Origin: Clostridia bacterium | Lineage (GTDB): Bacteria; Bacillota; Clostridia; Oscillospirales; CAG-272 | DNA: 64,000 nt | Direction: 5' to 3' | NCBI GenBank assembly: GCA_017387685.1 | Contig: JAFOEU010000058.1 | Location: forward strand, 67,936 to 131,935 | In this document: positions 51,689 to 62,038 of the stretch, piece after piece | Numbering within the stretch: the first letter of the stretch is position 1 | How the letters are laid out: each line of letters opens with the position of its first letter | Made by a program: the position numbers and the translations under genes | Notes under the pieces: model-generated | What the model was told of the DNA's origin: nothing | Databases searched by the model: none | Seen by the model: only the letters and a program-made list of their open reading frames with translations

Positions 51689-52819
51689 ATGAAGAATTAT
51701 ATTTACCGATTTGCCGCGATGCTTGCGGCGATACTGTTGCTTGCTTCGCTCGTACCGACGGCGGGAGCGTATTCTGATACGAAAAATACGGGCACACGAG
51801 GAGAGCTCTGCGCGACGCTTGACGGAACGGGTGCTGCCAATTACTATGTCTCGGGCTACGGATATGATGAACTTTCCCTGCTCGGTGCGGACGAGCTTTT
51901 TGCACAGCTCCGCAAGCTTATGACGGAAACGCATACCTACAAATCGACCTATGCCGATTCAAAAAATTACGCTGACAAGACCGACTGCGAGCAAGGCGGG
52001 GATGGAATCACTCTGCTTTACACCTCGGTTTCGGTGAAGTTCTCGGATTTTATCGGCTCGGGCAGCATCGGATGGAACCGCGAGCACGTCTGGCCGAAGA
52101 GCCTTGGCGGATTTGACAATTCGGGCGCGGGTGCAGACCTGCATCACATTCGTCCCGATGACGTGACCACCAACGCCAAGCGCGGCAATCTCAAGTACGG
52201 AAATGCGAAAAACGGCAGCGAGGTTAAGGGTTCGACGCTCGTTTCGGGTGCGCTCGGCGGTCACAGCGCGGGAGGTTACTTTGAGCCCCTCGACGAGGTC
52301 AAGGGCGACGTCGCGCGTATATGCCTCTACGTCTGGGCAAGATACAGCGGTGAATATTCGAAATGCTCATCGATCACGGGCGTTTTCGAGAGCGTTGACA
52401 TTCTGCTCGAGTGGTGCGAGAACGATCCCGTTGACACTTGGGAAATGGGACGGAACGAGGTCATCGCGAAGATACAGGGCAACAGAAACGTGTTTATCGA
52501 CTACCCCGAATACGCGTGGCTCGTTTTCGGGCGCGAGGTGCCGCAAAATATGACCACTCCCTCGGGAATGGCTATGCTTAAGGAAGAAACAACACTTGAA
52601 GAAACGATACTTGAAGAAACAACGGCGGAGATCACCGCTTCGGTAACCGAAGCCGAGACGACCGCAGAGGTCATAACGGAAACCGCCGCGGAAGCAACGA
52701 CACAAGCGGCGATCACCGTCACCGAGCCCACCGACGAGCAGGGCTGCGGAGGATATTCGGTGTACGCGATATTCGCGCTGATCCCGATCTGCTTTGCGGT
52801 TTTTAAGAAAAAGAAATAA
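51689..52819 (+). CDS. Endonuclease I family extracellular nuclease with a T/E-rich linker and a C-terminal TM anchor
   Basis: Signal peptide, then NREHVWPKSLGG and DLHHIRPDDVTTNAKRGN (Endonuclease_1 signatures). The C-terminus is GCGGYSVYAIFALIPICFAVFKKKK. Confidence 0.8.
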   Translation: MKNYIYRFAAMLAAILLLASLVPTAGAYSDTKNTGTRGELCATLDGTGAANYYVSGYGYDELSLLGADELFAQLRKLMTETHTYKSTYADSKNYADKTDCEQGGDGITLLYTSVSVKFSDFIGSGSIGWNREHVWPKSLGGFDNSGAGADLHHIRPDDVTTNAKRGNLKYGNAKNGSEVKGSTLVSGALGGHSAGGYFEPLDEVKGDVARICLYVWARYSGEYSKCSSITGVFESVDILLEWCENDPVDTWEMGRNEVIAKIQGNRNVFIDYPEYAWLVFGREVPQNMTTPSGMAMLKEETTLEETILEETTAEITASVTEAETTAEVITETAAEATTQAAITVTEPTDEQGCGGYSVYAIFALIPICFAVFKKKK

Positions 52820-52825
52820 ATGAAG

Positions 52826-52855
52826 AGTGCCGCTTGGAATTATCCAAACGGCACT
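52826..52855. terminator. Hairpin between the convergent endonuclease I and hydrolase genes
   Basis: AGTGCCGCTTGGA...TCCAAACGGCACT with one bulge. Confidence 0.5.
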
Positions 52856-52861
52856 TATCTT

Positions 52862-53728
52862 TTATACAAATCTTTCAAACCACATAAGCAGTTCTTTTTT
52901 AGTCGTGTCGACGACCTTGTGCGCTACTCCGTCGAGGACGTGAAGCTCGGCAAAGCATCCCGCGCGGCGGATCGAATCGTAATACTCGCGCGTGAGAACG
53001 GGATCTACCGTCTTGTCGTCCGCGCCCTGCCAGATCTTGATGGGGCAAGGCGGGAAAACGGCGCGCTTGCCCTCGGCGTTCACGATGGAGCGCGTACGGT
53101 AGGGCTCAAATCCCGTTGTGTTGCTTTCGGAAAATTCCTCGGTCGGGAAGCGGTAGTATTCGGTTATGACCTTGCGGTAACGGTAGCCGTCCTCAAATTT
53201 TCTGTCCCACGGATTTCGGCAGACGTAATCACCCAGCTCCACGGCGTGAAAGCTGAGGCATGGATTTACAACTCCGAGCGCGATCACGAGGGAGGGGAAG
53301 GTGCTCGCAAAATTGATCGACGTCGCGCCGCCCATAGAATGACCGACGACAAGCACTCTTTCGGTGAGGTTGTAATGCTTGATCGCGTATAGGTACGCCT
53401 TATAAAGCGCGAAAATATGCTCGGGACAAGCCATAGTCAGCCCGTGAGCCGCGCTGCCGCTGATGTCGAGTGCGGCGTATCCCGCGCGGATGCATTCTGC
53501 GGCATATCCGAGACCGCCGAGCTTACCCGCCTCCTCGCTTACGGTATGTCCTGCGCCGTGACAGGAGAGAATGAGCTGAGTCGGCTCGCCGTCGGGCGAA
53601 TAGGAATCGGGAAGGCAGAGAACAGCCTCGCATTCCGACCATTCCTCGCGGTCGAGCACCTCGTTCGCCGTTGAAGAGGATACCTCGCGGAAATTGTTGA
53701 ATTTTACCTTAAAAAATATCTTTTCCAT
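52862..53728 (-). CDS. Alpha/beta hydrolase
   Basis: Nucleophile elbow GHSMGG. The start is at MEKIFFKV (53728). Confidence 0.75.
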   Translation of the reverse strand: MEKIFFKVKFNNFREVSSSTANEVLDREEWSECEAVLCLPDSYSPDGEPTQLILSCHGAGHTVSEEAGKLGGLGYAAECIRAGYAALDISGSAAHGLTMACPEHIFALYKAYLYAIKHYNLTERVLVVGHSMGGATSINFASTFPSLVIALGVVNPCLSFHAVELGDYVCRNPWDRKFEDGYRYRKVITEYYRFPTEEFSESNTTGFEPYRTRSIVNAEGKRAVFPPCPIKIWQGADDKTVDPVLTREYYDSIRRAGCFAELHVLDGVAHKVVDTTKKELLMWFERFV

Positions 53729-53732
53729 AGTC

Positions 53733-54698
53733 TTACCTTTCGATGAAATCAAATATTGTGTTCCAAAGCACCGCATCTTGCTCGGTGATCTTTTCCCAAT
53801 CCCACGAGGTGCGGAACGCTTCGATGGCTTCGGGAGTTTCAAAAGCCTTTTTCTTTATTCCCTCTGTCATAGCCGCACTCATTTTAGAAAGCTCTGCAAC
53901 GGCTTCTGCGGTGTAATTCGGATTGTGAAGCTTGCCGTGAACGAGGAAAAACTCGATATTTGCGCCCTCGGGCGGATTCTTTTTGAGCGTGTCAAAGTGG
54001 TAAGCGGTCTTTACTGTCGGATCGTTGTCGGACGCGACGTAAAGGATGCGGCTCGGCGAGTTTTTCAGACTTCTGCGAGCGTCGATGAGGGAGTACATCG
54101 GATTCGCTTCGGATTCAAGACGGAGGATCGACGGACGGTAGAATTTAAGTATCCCCGAGAAAAACTGCTCGATCATCCGCTCGACTCCGATGAATCCCGA
54201 AAGCGAGATGCAGGATTCGATCTCGGGGTGAAGTGCGGAGATATTCAGTGCCGCAAAGCCGCCCCAGCTGTGACCGATGACGGTGAACTTCGCATCGCCG
54301 TAATCCTTCGCGGAACGAAGCGCGTTTACGGCGTAATCGAGGTCGCAGAGCGACTGCGCGAAGCCGCCGATATCCTCGCCCTCGGATTCAAGACAGCCCG
54401 TGTGATCGTAAGTAAAGACCATATATCCGCGGCGCGCGATGAGCTCGATCTCCTTGAGATAAGCCACGTGACCGCTGCCCATTCCGTGATCAAATATGAT
54501 AAGTCGGTCTTTTCTTGCGGAGGGATAATAGTAGTAATATCCCTGCAACTTTTGTCCGTTGTTGCCCTCAAAAACGAACGGTGTGCGCTGGAGTCCTTCA
54601 AAGTCGGAGACGGAAAAATAATGAAGCAGGGGATTGCCATCCTGACGGGTCTTGATGTTGTTTTTATAGGCGTTTATTATTGTTTTCTCAAAAATCAT
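53733..54698 (-). CDS. Alpha/beta hydrolase
   Basis: Nucleophile elbow GHSWGG. The ATG at 54698 is preceded by GGAG. Confidence 0.75.
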   Translation of the reverse strand: MIFEKTIINAYKNNIKTRQDGNPLLHYFSVSDFEGLQRTPFVFEGNNGQKLQGYYYYYPSARKDRLIIFDHGMGSGHVAYLKEIELIARRGYMVFTYDHTGCLESEGEDIGGFAQSLCDLDYAVNALRSAKDYGDAKFTVIGHSWGGFAALNISALHPEIESCISLSGFIGVERMIEQFFSGILKFYRPSILRLESEANPMYSLIDARRSLKNSPSRILYVASDNDPTVKTAYHFDTLKKNPPEGANIEFFLVHGKLHNPNYTAEAVAELSKMSAAMTEGIKKKAFETPEAIEAFRTSWDWEKITEQDAVLWNTIFDFIER

Positions 54699-54702
54699 AA
54701 TT

Positions 54703-55452
54703 TTACTCCAATTCAATACCGACGGGACAATGATCGCTGCCCATTACCGAGGTGAGGATAAAGCTGTCCTTAACGCGGTCAAACAGGCGGTTAGATACAA
54801 CAAAGTAGTCAATGCGCCAACCGACGTTCTTTGCGCGGGCGGAGAACATATAGCTCCACCAAGAGTACTCAACCTTATCGGGATAGAGTGCGCGGAAGGT
54901 GTCGGTGAATCCGCTTTCAAGAAGCTCGGTGAATTTGCCGCGCTCTTCGTCGGAAAATCCCGCGCTCTGACGGTTGGATTTTGGATTTTTAAGGTCGATC
55001 TCATTATGCGCGACGTTAAGATCACCGCAATAAATGACCGGCTTCTTTTCGTCGAGCGATTTGATATAACCTCGCAGAGCATCCTCCCAAGCCATTCTGT
55101 AATCAAGGCGCGCAAGCTCACGCTGTGCGTTCGGAGTATAGACACATAGAAGATAAAAATCCTCGTATTCGAGGGTGATCGCACGCCCCTCGGTATCGTG
55201 CTCGGGAATGCCGATGCCGTAGGCAACCGAAATAGGCTCGTGCTTTGTGAAGATCGCAGTTCCCGAATAACCTTTCTTTTCGGCACTGTACCAATATTGA
55301 TAGTATCCTTCGGGTTCAAATGCGGCTTGTCCCGGCTGCATCTTTGTTTCCTGAATGCAGACGAAATCGGCGTCCTGCTCGGCAAAAAACTCGCCGAAGC
55401 CCTTATCAAGACACGCGCGGAAGCCGTTTACGTTCCAAGATATGAATTTCAT
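54703..55452 (-). CDS. xth: Exodeoxyribonuclease III
   Basis: MKFISWNVNG, CIQETK, GDLNVAH, SDHCPV. Confidence 0.9.
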   Translation of the reverse strand: MKFISWNVNGFRACLDKGFGEFFAEQDADFVCIQETKMQPGQAAFEPEGYYQYWYSAEKKGYSGTAIFTKHEPISVAYGIGIPEHDTEGRAITLEYEDFYLLCVYTPNAQRELARLDYRMAWEDALRGYIKSLDEKKPVIYCGDLNVAHNEIDLKNPKSNRQSAGFSDEERGKFTELLESGFTDTFRALYPDKVEYSWWSYMFSARAKNVGWRIDYFVVSNRLFDRVKDSFILTSVMGSDHCPVGIELE

Positions 55453-55931
55453 TTTATTACCTCAAAATATTCGCAGAGTGCGGTGTATTCGCGGAGATAG
55501 GAGCCCCTTGTTTCCTCGCGCTTGAATTCATCGTGACGCGACCAAAGATCGCGGATGAAATCAAGGTCTACCCATTCGGGAACGAGGCCGCGATCGGCTT
55601 CTTCCGTTGTCAGGTGAATTTCCGCCTCTCCGACGGCTTCGCAAATGAAATAGTGCGTTATATATTTCCAGTCCTCATAATACTCGTTGACCGTGACGAT
55701 CGGCTTTTGAACCTTGACGATAACGCCCGTTTCCTCGCAAACCTCACGGATACAGCACGCCTCAAGCGTTTCATCCTTTTCAATTCCGCCGCCGGGAGAG
55801 AAGAACTGCCGGTCAACGAGCTCGTGGCAAATCAGTATTTTGCCGTCTTTGACAATGAATCCGCGACACGCAGTGCGAGTCTTATTGACTTCGGGTAATT
55901 GGTTACTCCCGAATATATCAACTGTTTTCAT
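55449..55931 (-). CDS. NUDIX hydrolase
   Basis: The Nudix box is GGGIEKDETLEACCIREVCEETG. Confidence 0.85.
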   Translation of the reverse strand: MKTVDIFGSNQLPEVNKTRTACRGFIVKDGKILICHELVDRQFFSPGGGIEKDETLEACCIREVCEETGVIVKVQKPIVTVNEYYEDWKYITHYFICEAVGEAEIHLTTEEADRGLVPEWVDLDFIRDLWSRHDEFKREETRGSYLREYTALCEYFEVIK

Positions 55932-56257
55932 TATTGTTGCGGAACAACGGCAAAAAATACGAGATCCTTTTTGCCCTTATTGATAAAGCAATGCTCGTGA
56001 CCCTTGGGGCAGTAGTGACACTGACCTGCTTCGACGGTTTCTTCTTTTCCGTCAAGCACTGCGGTTCCGACGCCGTCGAGAACGTAAATGACCTCGCAGG
56101 AATCCTCGTGGCAATGCATTCCTATCGAGGAGCCGGGCTCGAGGGTGATTCTCATAATCTTATTTTTTTCGTCAACGAACATCTGCGCGGCAGTAACACC
56201 GTCGCCGCCCTTAAAGTTAGGCATAAGAGTTGCCTTGATATTTGAAAAATTGATCAT
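55931..56257 (-). CDS. Cupin domain protein
   Basis: 108 aa with the His-containing cupin motifs GMHCHEDSCEVIYVLDG and GHEHCFIN. Confidence 0.75.
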   Translation of the reverse strand: MINFSNIKATLMPNFKGGDGVTAAQMFVDEKNKIMRITLEPGSSIGMHCHEDSCEVIYVLDGVGTAVLDGKEETVEAGQCHYCPKGHEHCFINKGKKDLVFFAVVPQQ

Positions 56258-56285
56258 TATTTTTTGCCTCCAAAATTAATTTGTA

Positions 56286-56314
56286 CTTGACAAATCTTCA
56301 ATATAATGATATTA
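56286..56314 (+). promoter_or_regulatory. Promoter (TTGACA-17-TATTAT) for the AKR-malQ-GH38 operon
   Basis: -35 at 56286-56291 and -10 at 56309-56314. It overlaps the divergent promoter. Confidence 0.45.
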
Positions 56315-56338
56315 TATACTTAATATCGCCAAAAGTCA
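56310..56338 (-). promoter_or_regulatory. Promoter (TTGACT-17-TATAAT) for the cupin-NUDIX-xth-hydrolase operon
   Basis: Reverse strand: -35 at 56333-56338 and -10 at 56310-56315. Confidence 0.55.
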
Positions 56339-56370
56339 AGACTTTTCGGTCACACACAAGGAGATAAATT

Positions 56371-57501
56371 ATGATCTATAAGGAATTTAAAGGCAAAAAG
56401 CTTTCCGCGCTCGGTATGGGATGTATGAGATTCCCCACCTACGGCGAGGATAAGACCATCGACGAGGCAAAGACCGCCGAGATGTTCGACTATGCAATTA
56501 AGAACGGCATAAATTATTTTGACACTGCTTGGGGCTACCACGACGGCAAGAGCGAGCCGATGGTCGGCAAGCTCCTTGAGAAATATCCCCGCGAGAGCTT
56601 CTATCTCGCATCCAAATTCCCCGGCTACGCGCAGGCAAACTGGGGCAAGCACGAGGAGATATTTGCAAAGCAGCTCGAGCGTTGCCGCGTTGACTACTTT
56701 GATTTCTACCTTATCCACAACGTAACCGAGTCGAATATCGACGCATATCTGAATGACGATTTCGGCGACGTTATGTATTTTGTCAAGATGCGCGAGGAGG
56801 GCAAGATCAAGCACCTCGGCTTCTCGACTCACGGTACTCTTGAAACGATGCGCCGATTCCTCGATAAGTACGGTAAGTATATGGAATTCTGCCAGCTTCA
56901 GATCAACTGGCTCGATTACAGCTTCCAAAACGCGAAGGCGAAGATCGAGATGATGAAGGAATACGGAAATATTCCCGTTTGGGTAATGGAGCCCGTCCGC
57001 GGCGGTAAGCTCGCGACCCTTGAGGAGGCTTACGCAAAACAGCTTCAGGCTCACAGAGAGGACGAGAGCATTCCTGCCTGGGCGTTCAGATTTATTCAGA
57101 GCTTGCCCGAGGTCTGCGTAACCCTTTCGGGTATGTCCGACTTTGAGCAGGTCAAGGCGAATATCAATACTTTCTCAGAGGAGAAGCCTTTGAACAAGGA
57201 CGAGTGGGATACCCTTATGTCTATTGCCGACAGCATGGTCGGAAAGAAGACACTTTTCTGCACGGGCTGCAGCTATTGCACCACCCATTGCGCTATGGGA
57301 CTCGATATTCCGCGCATCATCGAGCTTTACAACGAGCATATCTTCTCGGACGGCGGCTTCATCGCTCCTATGGCACTCTCCACCTTCCCCGAGGATAAGC
57401 TCCCCTCCGCTTGCATCGGTTGCACCGCCTGCGAGGAGGTTTGTCCGCAGAATATCAAGATCTCCGAGATGATGTCCGACTTTGCGGCAAAGCTTAAGTA
57501 A
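56371..57501 (+). CDS. Aldo/keto reductase with a C-terminal 4Fe-4S binding region
   Basis: AKR N-terminus (LSALGMGCMRFP, INYFDTAWGYH) and a C-terminal CTGCSYCTTHC...CIGCTACEEVCPQ. Confidence 0.85.
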   Translation: MIYKEFKGKKLSALGMGCMRFPTYGEDKTIDEAKTAEMFDYAIKNGINYFDTAWGYHDGKSEPMVGKLLEKYPRESFYLASKFPGYAQANWGKHEEIFAKQLERCRVDYFDFYLIHNVTESNIDAYLNDDFGDVMYFVKMREEGKIKHLGFSTHGTLETMRRFLDKYGKYMEFCQLQINWLDYSFQNAKAKIEMMKEYGNIPVWVMEPVRGGKLATLEEAYAKQLQAHREDESIPAWAFRFIQSLPEVCVTLSGMSDFEQVKANINTFSEEKPLNKDEWDTLMSIADSMVGKKTLFCTGCSYCTTHCAMGLDIPRIIELYNEHIFSDGGFIAPMALSTFPEDKLPSACIGCTACEEVCPQNIKISEMMSDFAAKLK

Positions 57502-57502
57502 T

Positions 57503-58939
57503 ATGAAACGATCAAGTGGAGTGCTTATGCACGTTTCCTCCCTTTGGGGAGAATATTCCGAGGGCAGCTTCGGCTGTGCGGCGCGCGAGTGGATCGATCT
57601 GCTTGCCGATTGCGGCTTTACCTATTGGCAGACTCTGCCGTTTTGCCTGCCCGACGAGGCAAATTCGCCCTATAAATCATACAGCGCATTCAGCGGAAAT
57701 CCCTTCTTCATTGATCTTCCGCTTCTTTGCGACGTCGGACTTATCACCCGCGCCGAGCTTGACGAGGCACGGCAGAAAACACCTTTTTATTGCGAATTTG
57801 ACAGACTGAACGAGGAGCGAATGACGCTTCTTTCAAAGGCTTCGAAGCGTATGACGAATTACGCGCCCGTTGAGGATTTTATGAAATCGCATCCCGGTGT
57901 CGAGCGATTCTGCCGATTTATGGCTCTCAAAAAGGCAAACGGCGGCAAGGAGTGGACCGAGTGGACGGTCGATATCCCCGATGAAGACGAGCTTCGCACT
58001 TGGTATTTCTCGCAGTTCGTATTTTTCACCCAATGGGCGGAGATAAAGGCTTACGCGAACAAAAAGGGAATAAAGATCATCGGTGATATCCCGATCTACG
58101 TTGCCCACGACAGCGCGGACGTATGGGGCTCACCCGAGCAGTTCCTGCTCGAAGAAGACGGCTCGCCATCCGCGGTTGCGGGAGTTCCGCCCGATTATTT
58201 CGCCAAGGACGGTCAGCTCTGGGGCAATCCTCTTTACGATTGGGACTATATGAAAAAGGACGGATATTCGTGGTGGAAGAGCAGAATGGAATTTATGCTC
58301 GAGATCTTCGACGGCGTCCGCATCGACCATTTCCGCGGCTTTGAAGCCTTTTACAGCATCCCCGCGGGAGAGAAGACCGCGAAGAACGGCAAATGGGTGA
58401 AAGGTCCCGGCATCGAGCTCATTAACGCCATCAAGCCTCTTTGCGAGGGAAGAATGATAATTGCCGAAGATCTCGGAGATATTACTCCCGAGGTCGAAAG
58501 GCTCGTCGCAGACAGCGGCTTCCCCGGAATGAGGGTGCTTCAATTCGGATTCCTTTCCGAAGACGATTGCCCTCACACGCCTCACAACTATCCCGCAAAC
58601 TGCGTTGCTTACACAGGAACTCACGATAACAACACACTTCTTGGCTTCGTTTGGGAGCTTGACGGAGGATCTCGCCGCCGAGTCTTTGACTATTGCGGCT
58701 ATAGAGGCGACGATCTTGACGAAAGCTATGATTATCTCCTGCGCACAATGTTTTCAAGCCACGCGGATACGCTTATTATACCCGTTCAGGATATGCTCCT
58801 TTACGGCTCGGATACCCGAATCAACAAGCCCGGCATCGCAGAGGGCAACTGGTCGTACCGCGTGACGAAAGAGCAATTTTGGCGCATTGACCGCGAAAAA
58901 TTCAAATACCTCAATCGCCTTTACGGCAGAAGGAAATAA
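57503..58939 (+). CDS. malQ: 4-alpha-glucanotransferase (GH77)
   Basis: SGVLMHVSSLWG, IIGDIPIYV, RIDHFRGF, AYTGTHDN. Confidence 0.9.
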   Translation: MKRSSGVLMHVSSLWGEYSEGSFGCAAREWIDLLADCGFTYWQTLPFCLPDEANSPYKSYSAFSGNPFFIDLPLLCDVGLITRAELDEARQKTPFYCEFDRLNEERMTLLSKASKRMTNYAPVEDFMKSHPGVERFCRFMALKKANGGKEWTEWTVDIPDEDELRTWYFSQFVFFTQWAEIKAYANKKGIKIIGDIPIYVAHDSADVWGSPEQFLLEEDGSPSAVAGVPPDYFAKDGQLWGNPLYDWDYMKKDGYSWWKSRMEFMLEIFDGVRIDHFRGFEAFYSIPAGEKTAKNGKWVKGPGIELINAIKPLCEGRMIIAEDLGDITPEVERLVADSGFPGMRVLQFGFLSEDDCPHTPHNYPANCVAYTGTHDNNTLLGFVWELDGGSRRRVFDYCGYRGDDLDESYDYLLRTMFSSHADTLIIPVQDMLLYGSDTRINKPGIAEGNWSYRVTKEQFWRIDREKFKYLNRLYGRRK

Positions 58940-58941
58940 TT

Positions 58942-61900
58942 ATGGATTATAAGCTTCAAAAGATCAGAAGATATTTCGATATCGTCAAGAATTGCAGATG
59001 GACAAATTCCGAAAAGGCAGAGAATATTCTTTTCTGCAACTGTGACTACAAAAAAGACAATACTCCGCCCGCTATCTCTTCGCTCTCTCCGTTTGAAAAC
59101 GGCGACGATTGGGGCACGGGATATGACAGCCACGCGTGGTTCCACCTTACCGTCAACTCTACGGATAAAAACAGATATATTTTCGTTGAAACCAATAAAT
59201 CGGGATGGGATGCATCGAATCCGCAGTTCATCGTTTATGTAAACGGCGAGATGCGTCAGGGTGTCGACGTAAACCACCGCGAGGTGCTCCTCGGAGATTG
59301 CGGCGATGCGGAGATATGGCTCTACGCATATACGGGCCCGAGAATCGAAAAAGCACGTCTTTTCGTTACCTTGCGCACGCTCGATACCGACGTCGACGGA
59401 CTTTATTACGATATGTTCTATCCGCTTTATATGCTTGATTATCTATATCCCGACAGTGCGGAATACGGTCATATTGAGAATTTCCTTTACAAAGCCGTTT
59501 CAGTGCTCGAACTTTATGATATCGGATCCGAGGAGTTCCTTGAATCTGTTCGCAAGGCGAGAGAGTATCTTAAGACCGAGCTTTACGACGGCTATTGCCG
59601 CGAACAGACCGCAAAATCCATCTGCATCGGTCACACACATATCGACTGCGCTTGGAAGTGGACTCTGAAGCAGACTCGCGAGAAGGTTCAGCGCTCGTTT
59701 GCAACCGTGCTCGAGCTTATGAAGCGTTACCCCGAATATAAATTTATGTCCTCGCAGGCACTTCTTTACAAGAAGCTCAAGGAGGAAGCTCCCGAGGTCT
59801 ATGCCGAGGTTGCGAAGAAAATTGCCGAGGGAAGATGGGAGTGCGAAGGCGCGATGTGGGTCGAAGCCGACTGCAACCTTTCCTCCGGCGAAAGCCTTGT
59901 ACGTCAGGTAATGTACGGCAAGCGTTATTTTATGGACGAATTCGGCGTTGAGAACCGCGTTCTCTGGCTCCCCGACGTTTTCGGCTACTCTGCCGCACTC
60001 CCGCAGATACTTAAAAAGAGCGGGGTCGATTGGTTCGTTACCTCAAAGATCAGCTGGAACGATAAAAATAAAATGCCCTATGATACCTTTGCTTGGAAGG
60101 GAATCGACGGCACCTCGATCAATAGCTATTTCCTTACTGCGACGGATACCCAGAACACGAAGAACCCCGAACAGCTCAGAAGGCACGAGTACCATACCAC
60201 AACGTACAACGCCAACACCTACCCGAAGCAGATCGCCGGCACTTACGAGCGCTATCAGCAGAAAAACCTGAGCGACGAGGCGCTTGTTACGTTCGGCTAC
60301 GGTGACGGCGGTGGAGGACCTACCTCCGAATTTATCGAGCTCCTTCGCAGAAGTGAAAAAGGAATTCCCGGTTCGCCTCAGACCAAGATCGAATTCGCGG
60401 GCGACTTCCTTCGCCGACTTGAAAAGAAGATCGAGGACAATCCCGAACTGCCTACATGGCAGGGTGAGCTCTATCTTGAATTCCACCGCGGTACTTACAC
60501 CACGATGGCGGATAACAAGAAGGGCAACCGCAAGGCGGAATTTCTTTATGAGAACGCCGAGCTTCTCGGCGTGACCGCAAAGACGCTCTTCGGCGACGCT
60601 TTCCCTGCGGAAAAGCTCCACAAGGGATGGGAAATGATCCTCACCAATCAGTTCCACGATATCATCCCCGGCTCGTCGATCAAGGAGGTCTACGATCAGA
60701 GCAAGATCGATTACGGCGTCATCCACGGCATAGGAAACGAGATCGTCGACGGAATCCGCGGAAAGATCGCCGCTTCGATCGATAAAAAGCACGGATACGT
60801 TATCTTCAATCCCAACGCATTCGAGGGCGAAGGATTCGTAAAGATAGACGGCAAGACCGCTTACGTCAAGGGAATTGCACAAAAGGGTTATTCCGTGACA
60901 AATGATTTTGTAACCGATAACCGCGTTGCAATAGACGGTAATAAGGTCGAGACCGACCGCCTGACCGTTACCTTCGACGATGCTTGGCAGATCGTTTCCA
61001 TCTACGATAAGCAGGCACAGCGAGAGCTCGTCAAGGCTGGCGAGGTCGCAAACGAGCTTCGCATCCACGCTGACTATCCGCCCTATTACGACGCTTGGGA
61101 GTGGAGTCAGTATTCGACAACCGAATACAGAACTGTCACCGACGTTTACGCCGTTGAAGTAGTAGACGGCGGCGCAAGACGCGGCATTAAGATCACCCGT
61201 AAGTTCGGCTCATCTACCATTGAGCAGACCGTATGGTTCAATGATCACTCTGCACAGATCGATTTCGAAACTCACGTTGACTGGCACGAAAGCCACAAGA
61301 TGCTCAAGGCGGTGTTCCCCGTTGACATTCTTGCGGATAAGGCGACTTACGATATTCAGTTCGGCAGCATCGAGCGTCCTACACATAAGAATACAAGTTG
61401 GGACGAGGCAAAGTTTGAGGTCTGCGCACATAAGTACGCCGATCTTTCGGACGGCGGCTACGGCGTTGCTCTTATGAACGATTGCAAGTATGGCTACGAT
61501 ATCCACGATGGCGTGATGCAGCTTTCCTTGCTCCGTTCTCCTACCGACCCCAACCCCGTGGCTGACGTCGGAGAGCACAGCTTCACCTATTCGCTCTATC
61601 CTCACGAGGGCACGCTTGTGCAAAGCGATACCGTACGCCGTGCATACATGCTCAACGTACCGATGACGGCACTTCCCGCAAGCGGTAATGCGGATATCAT
61701 CCCGACCGAGTTTTCTGCAATTGCGCTCGGCTGCGATCACGCGGCGTGCGAGACCGTCAAGGAAGCCGAGGACGGAGAGGGCACCGTTATTCGTATCTAC
61801 GAATATAAGAACATCCGCGGTAAGCTCGAAATCTCCGCTGCTATTCCGTTCAAGAAAGCGTACCTCTGCGATCTTCTCGAAAGAGAAATTTGCGAGCTCC

Positions 61901-61968
61901 CCACAGAGAACGGCAAGATCATTTGCGGTATCAAGGGATTTGAGATAATTACGCTGAAGTTGAAGTGA
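58942..61968 (+). CDS. Alpha-mannosidase (GH38)
   Basis: 1008 aa with GHTHIDCAWKWT, WLPDVFGYS and QFHDIIPGSSI signatures. Confidence 0.9.
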   Translation: MDYKLQKIRRYFDIVKNCRWTNSEKAENILFCNCDYKKDNTPPAISSLSPFENGDDWGTGYDSHAWFHLTVNSTDKNRYIFVETNKSGWDASNPQFIVYVNGEMRQGVDVNHREVLLGDCGDAEIWLYAYTGPRIEKARLFVTLRTLDTDVDGLYYDMFYPLYMLDYLYPDSAEYGHIENFLYKAVSVLELYDIGSEEFLESVRKAREYLKTELYDGYCREQTAKSICIGHTHIDCAWKWTLKQTREKVQRSFATVLELMKRYPEYKFMSSQALLYKKLKEEAPEVYAEVAKKIAEGRWECEGAMWVEADCNLSSGESLVRQVMYGKRYFMDEFGVENRVLWLPDVFGYSAALPQILKKSGVDWFVTSKISWNDKNKMPYDTFAWKGIDGTSINSYFLTATDTQNTKNPEQLRRHEYHTTTYNANTYPKQIAGTYERYQQKNLSDEALVTFGYGDGGGGPTSEFIELLRRSEKGIPGSPQTKIEFAGDFLRRLEKKIEDNPELPTWQGELYLEFHRGTYTTMADNKKGNRKAEFLYENAELLGVTAKTLFGDAFPAEKLHKGWEMILTNQFHDIIPGSSIKEVYDQSKIDYGVIHGIGNEIVDGIRGKIAASIDKKHGYVIFNPNAFEGEGFVKIDGKTAYVKGIAQKGYSVTNDFVTDNRVAIDGNKVETDRLTVTFDDAWQIVSIYDKQAQRELVKAGEVANELRIHADYPPYYDAWEWSQYSTTEYRTVTDVYAVEVVDGGARRGIKITRKFGSSTIEQTVWFNDHSAQIDFETHVDWHESHKMLKAVFPVDILADKATYDIQFGSIERPTHKNTSWDEAKFEVCAHKYADLSDGGYGVALMNDCKYGYDIHDGVMQLSLLRSPTDPNPVADVGEHSFTYSLYPHEGTLVQSDTVRRAYMLNVPMTALPASGNADIIPTEFSAIALGCDHAACETVKEAEDGEGTVIRIYEYKNIRGKLEISAAIPFKKAYLCDLLEREICELPTENGKIICGIKGFEIITLKLK

Positions 61969-61993
61969 TTTTTCGGATATTCCGATTAAAGGC

Positions 61994-62026
61994 GGAGCCG
62001 GCTCCTTTGAAGCCGGCTCCTTTTTT
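61994..62026. terminator. Terminator between the GH38 and DUF11 genes
   Basis: GGAGCCGGC...GCCGGCTCC stem followed by TTTTTT. Confidence 0.7.
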
Positions 62027-62038
62027 ACATTTTTTATT

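Noticed and set aside
60043-61068. 341-aa reverse ORF inside the GH38 gene
   Set aside because: It is an antisense shadow of a gene with strong GH38 signatures.
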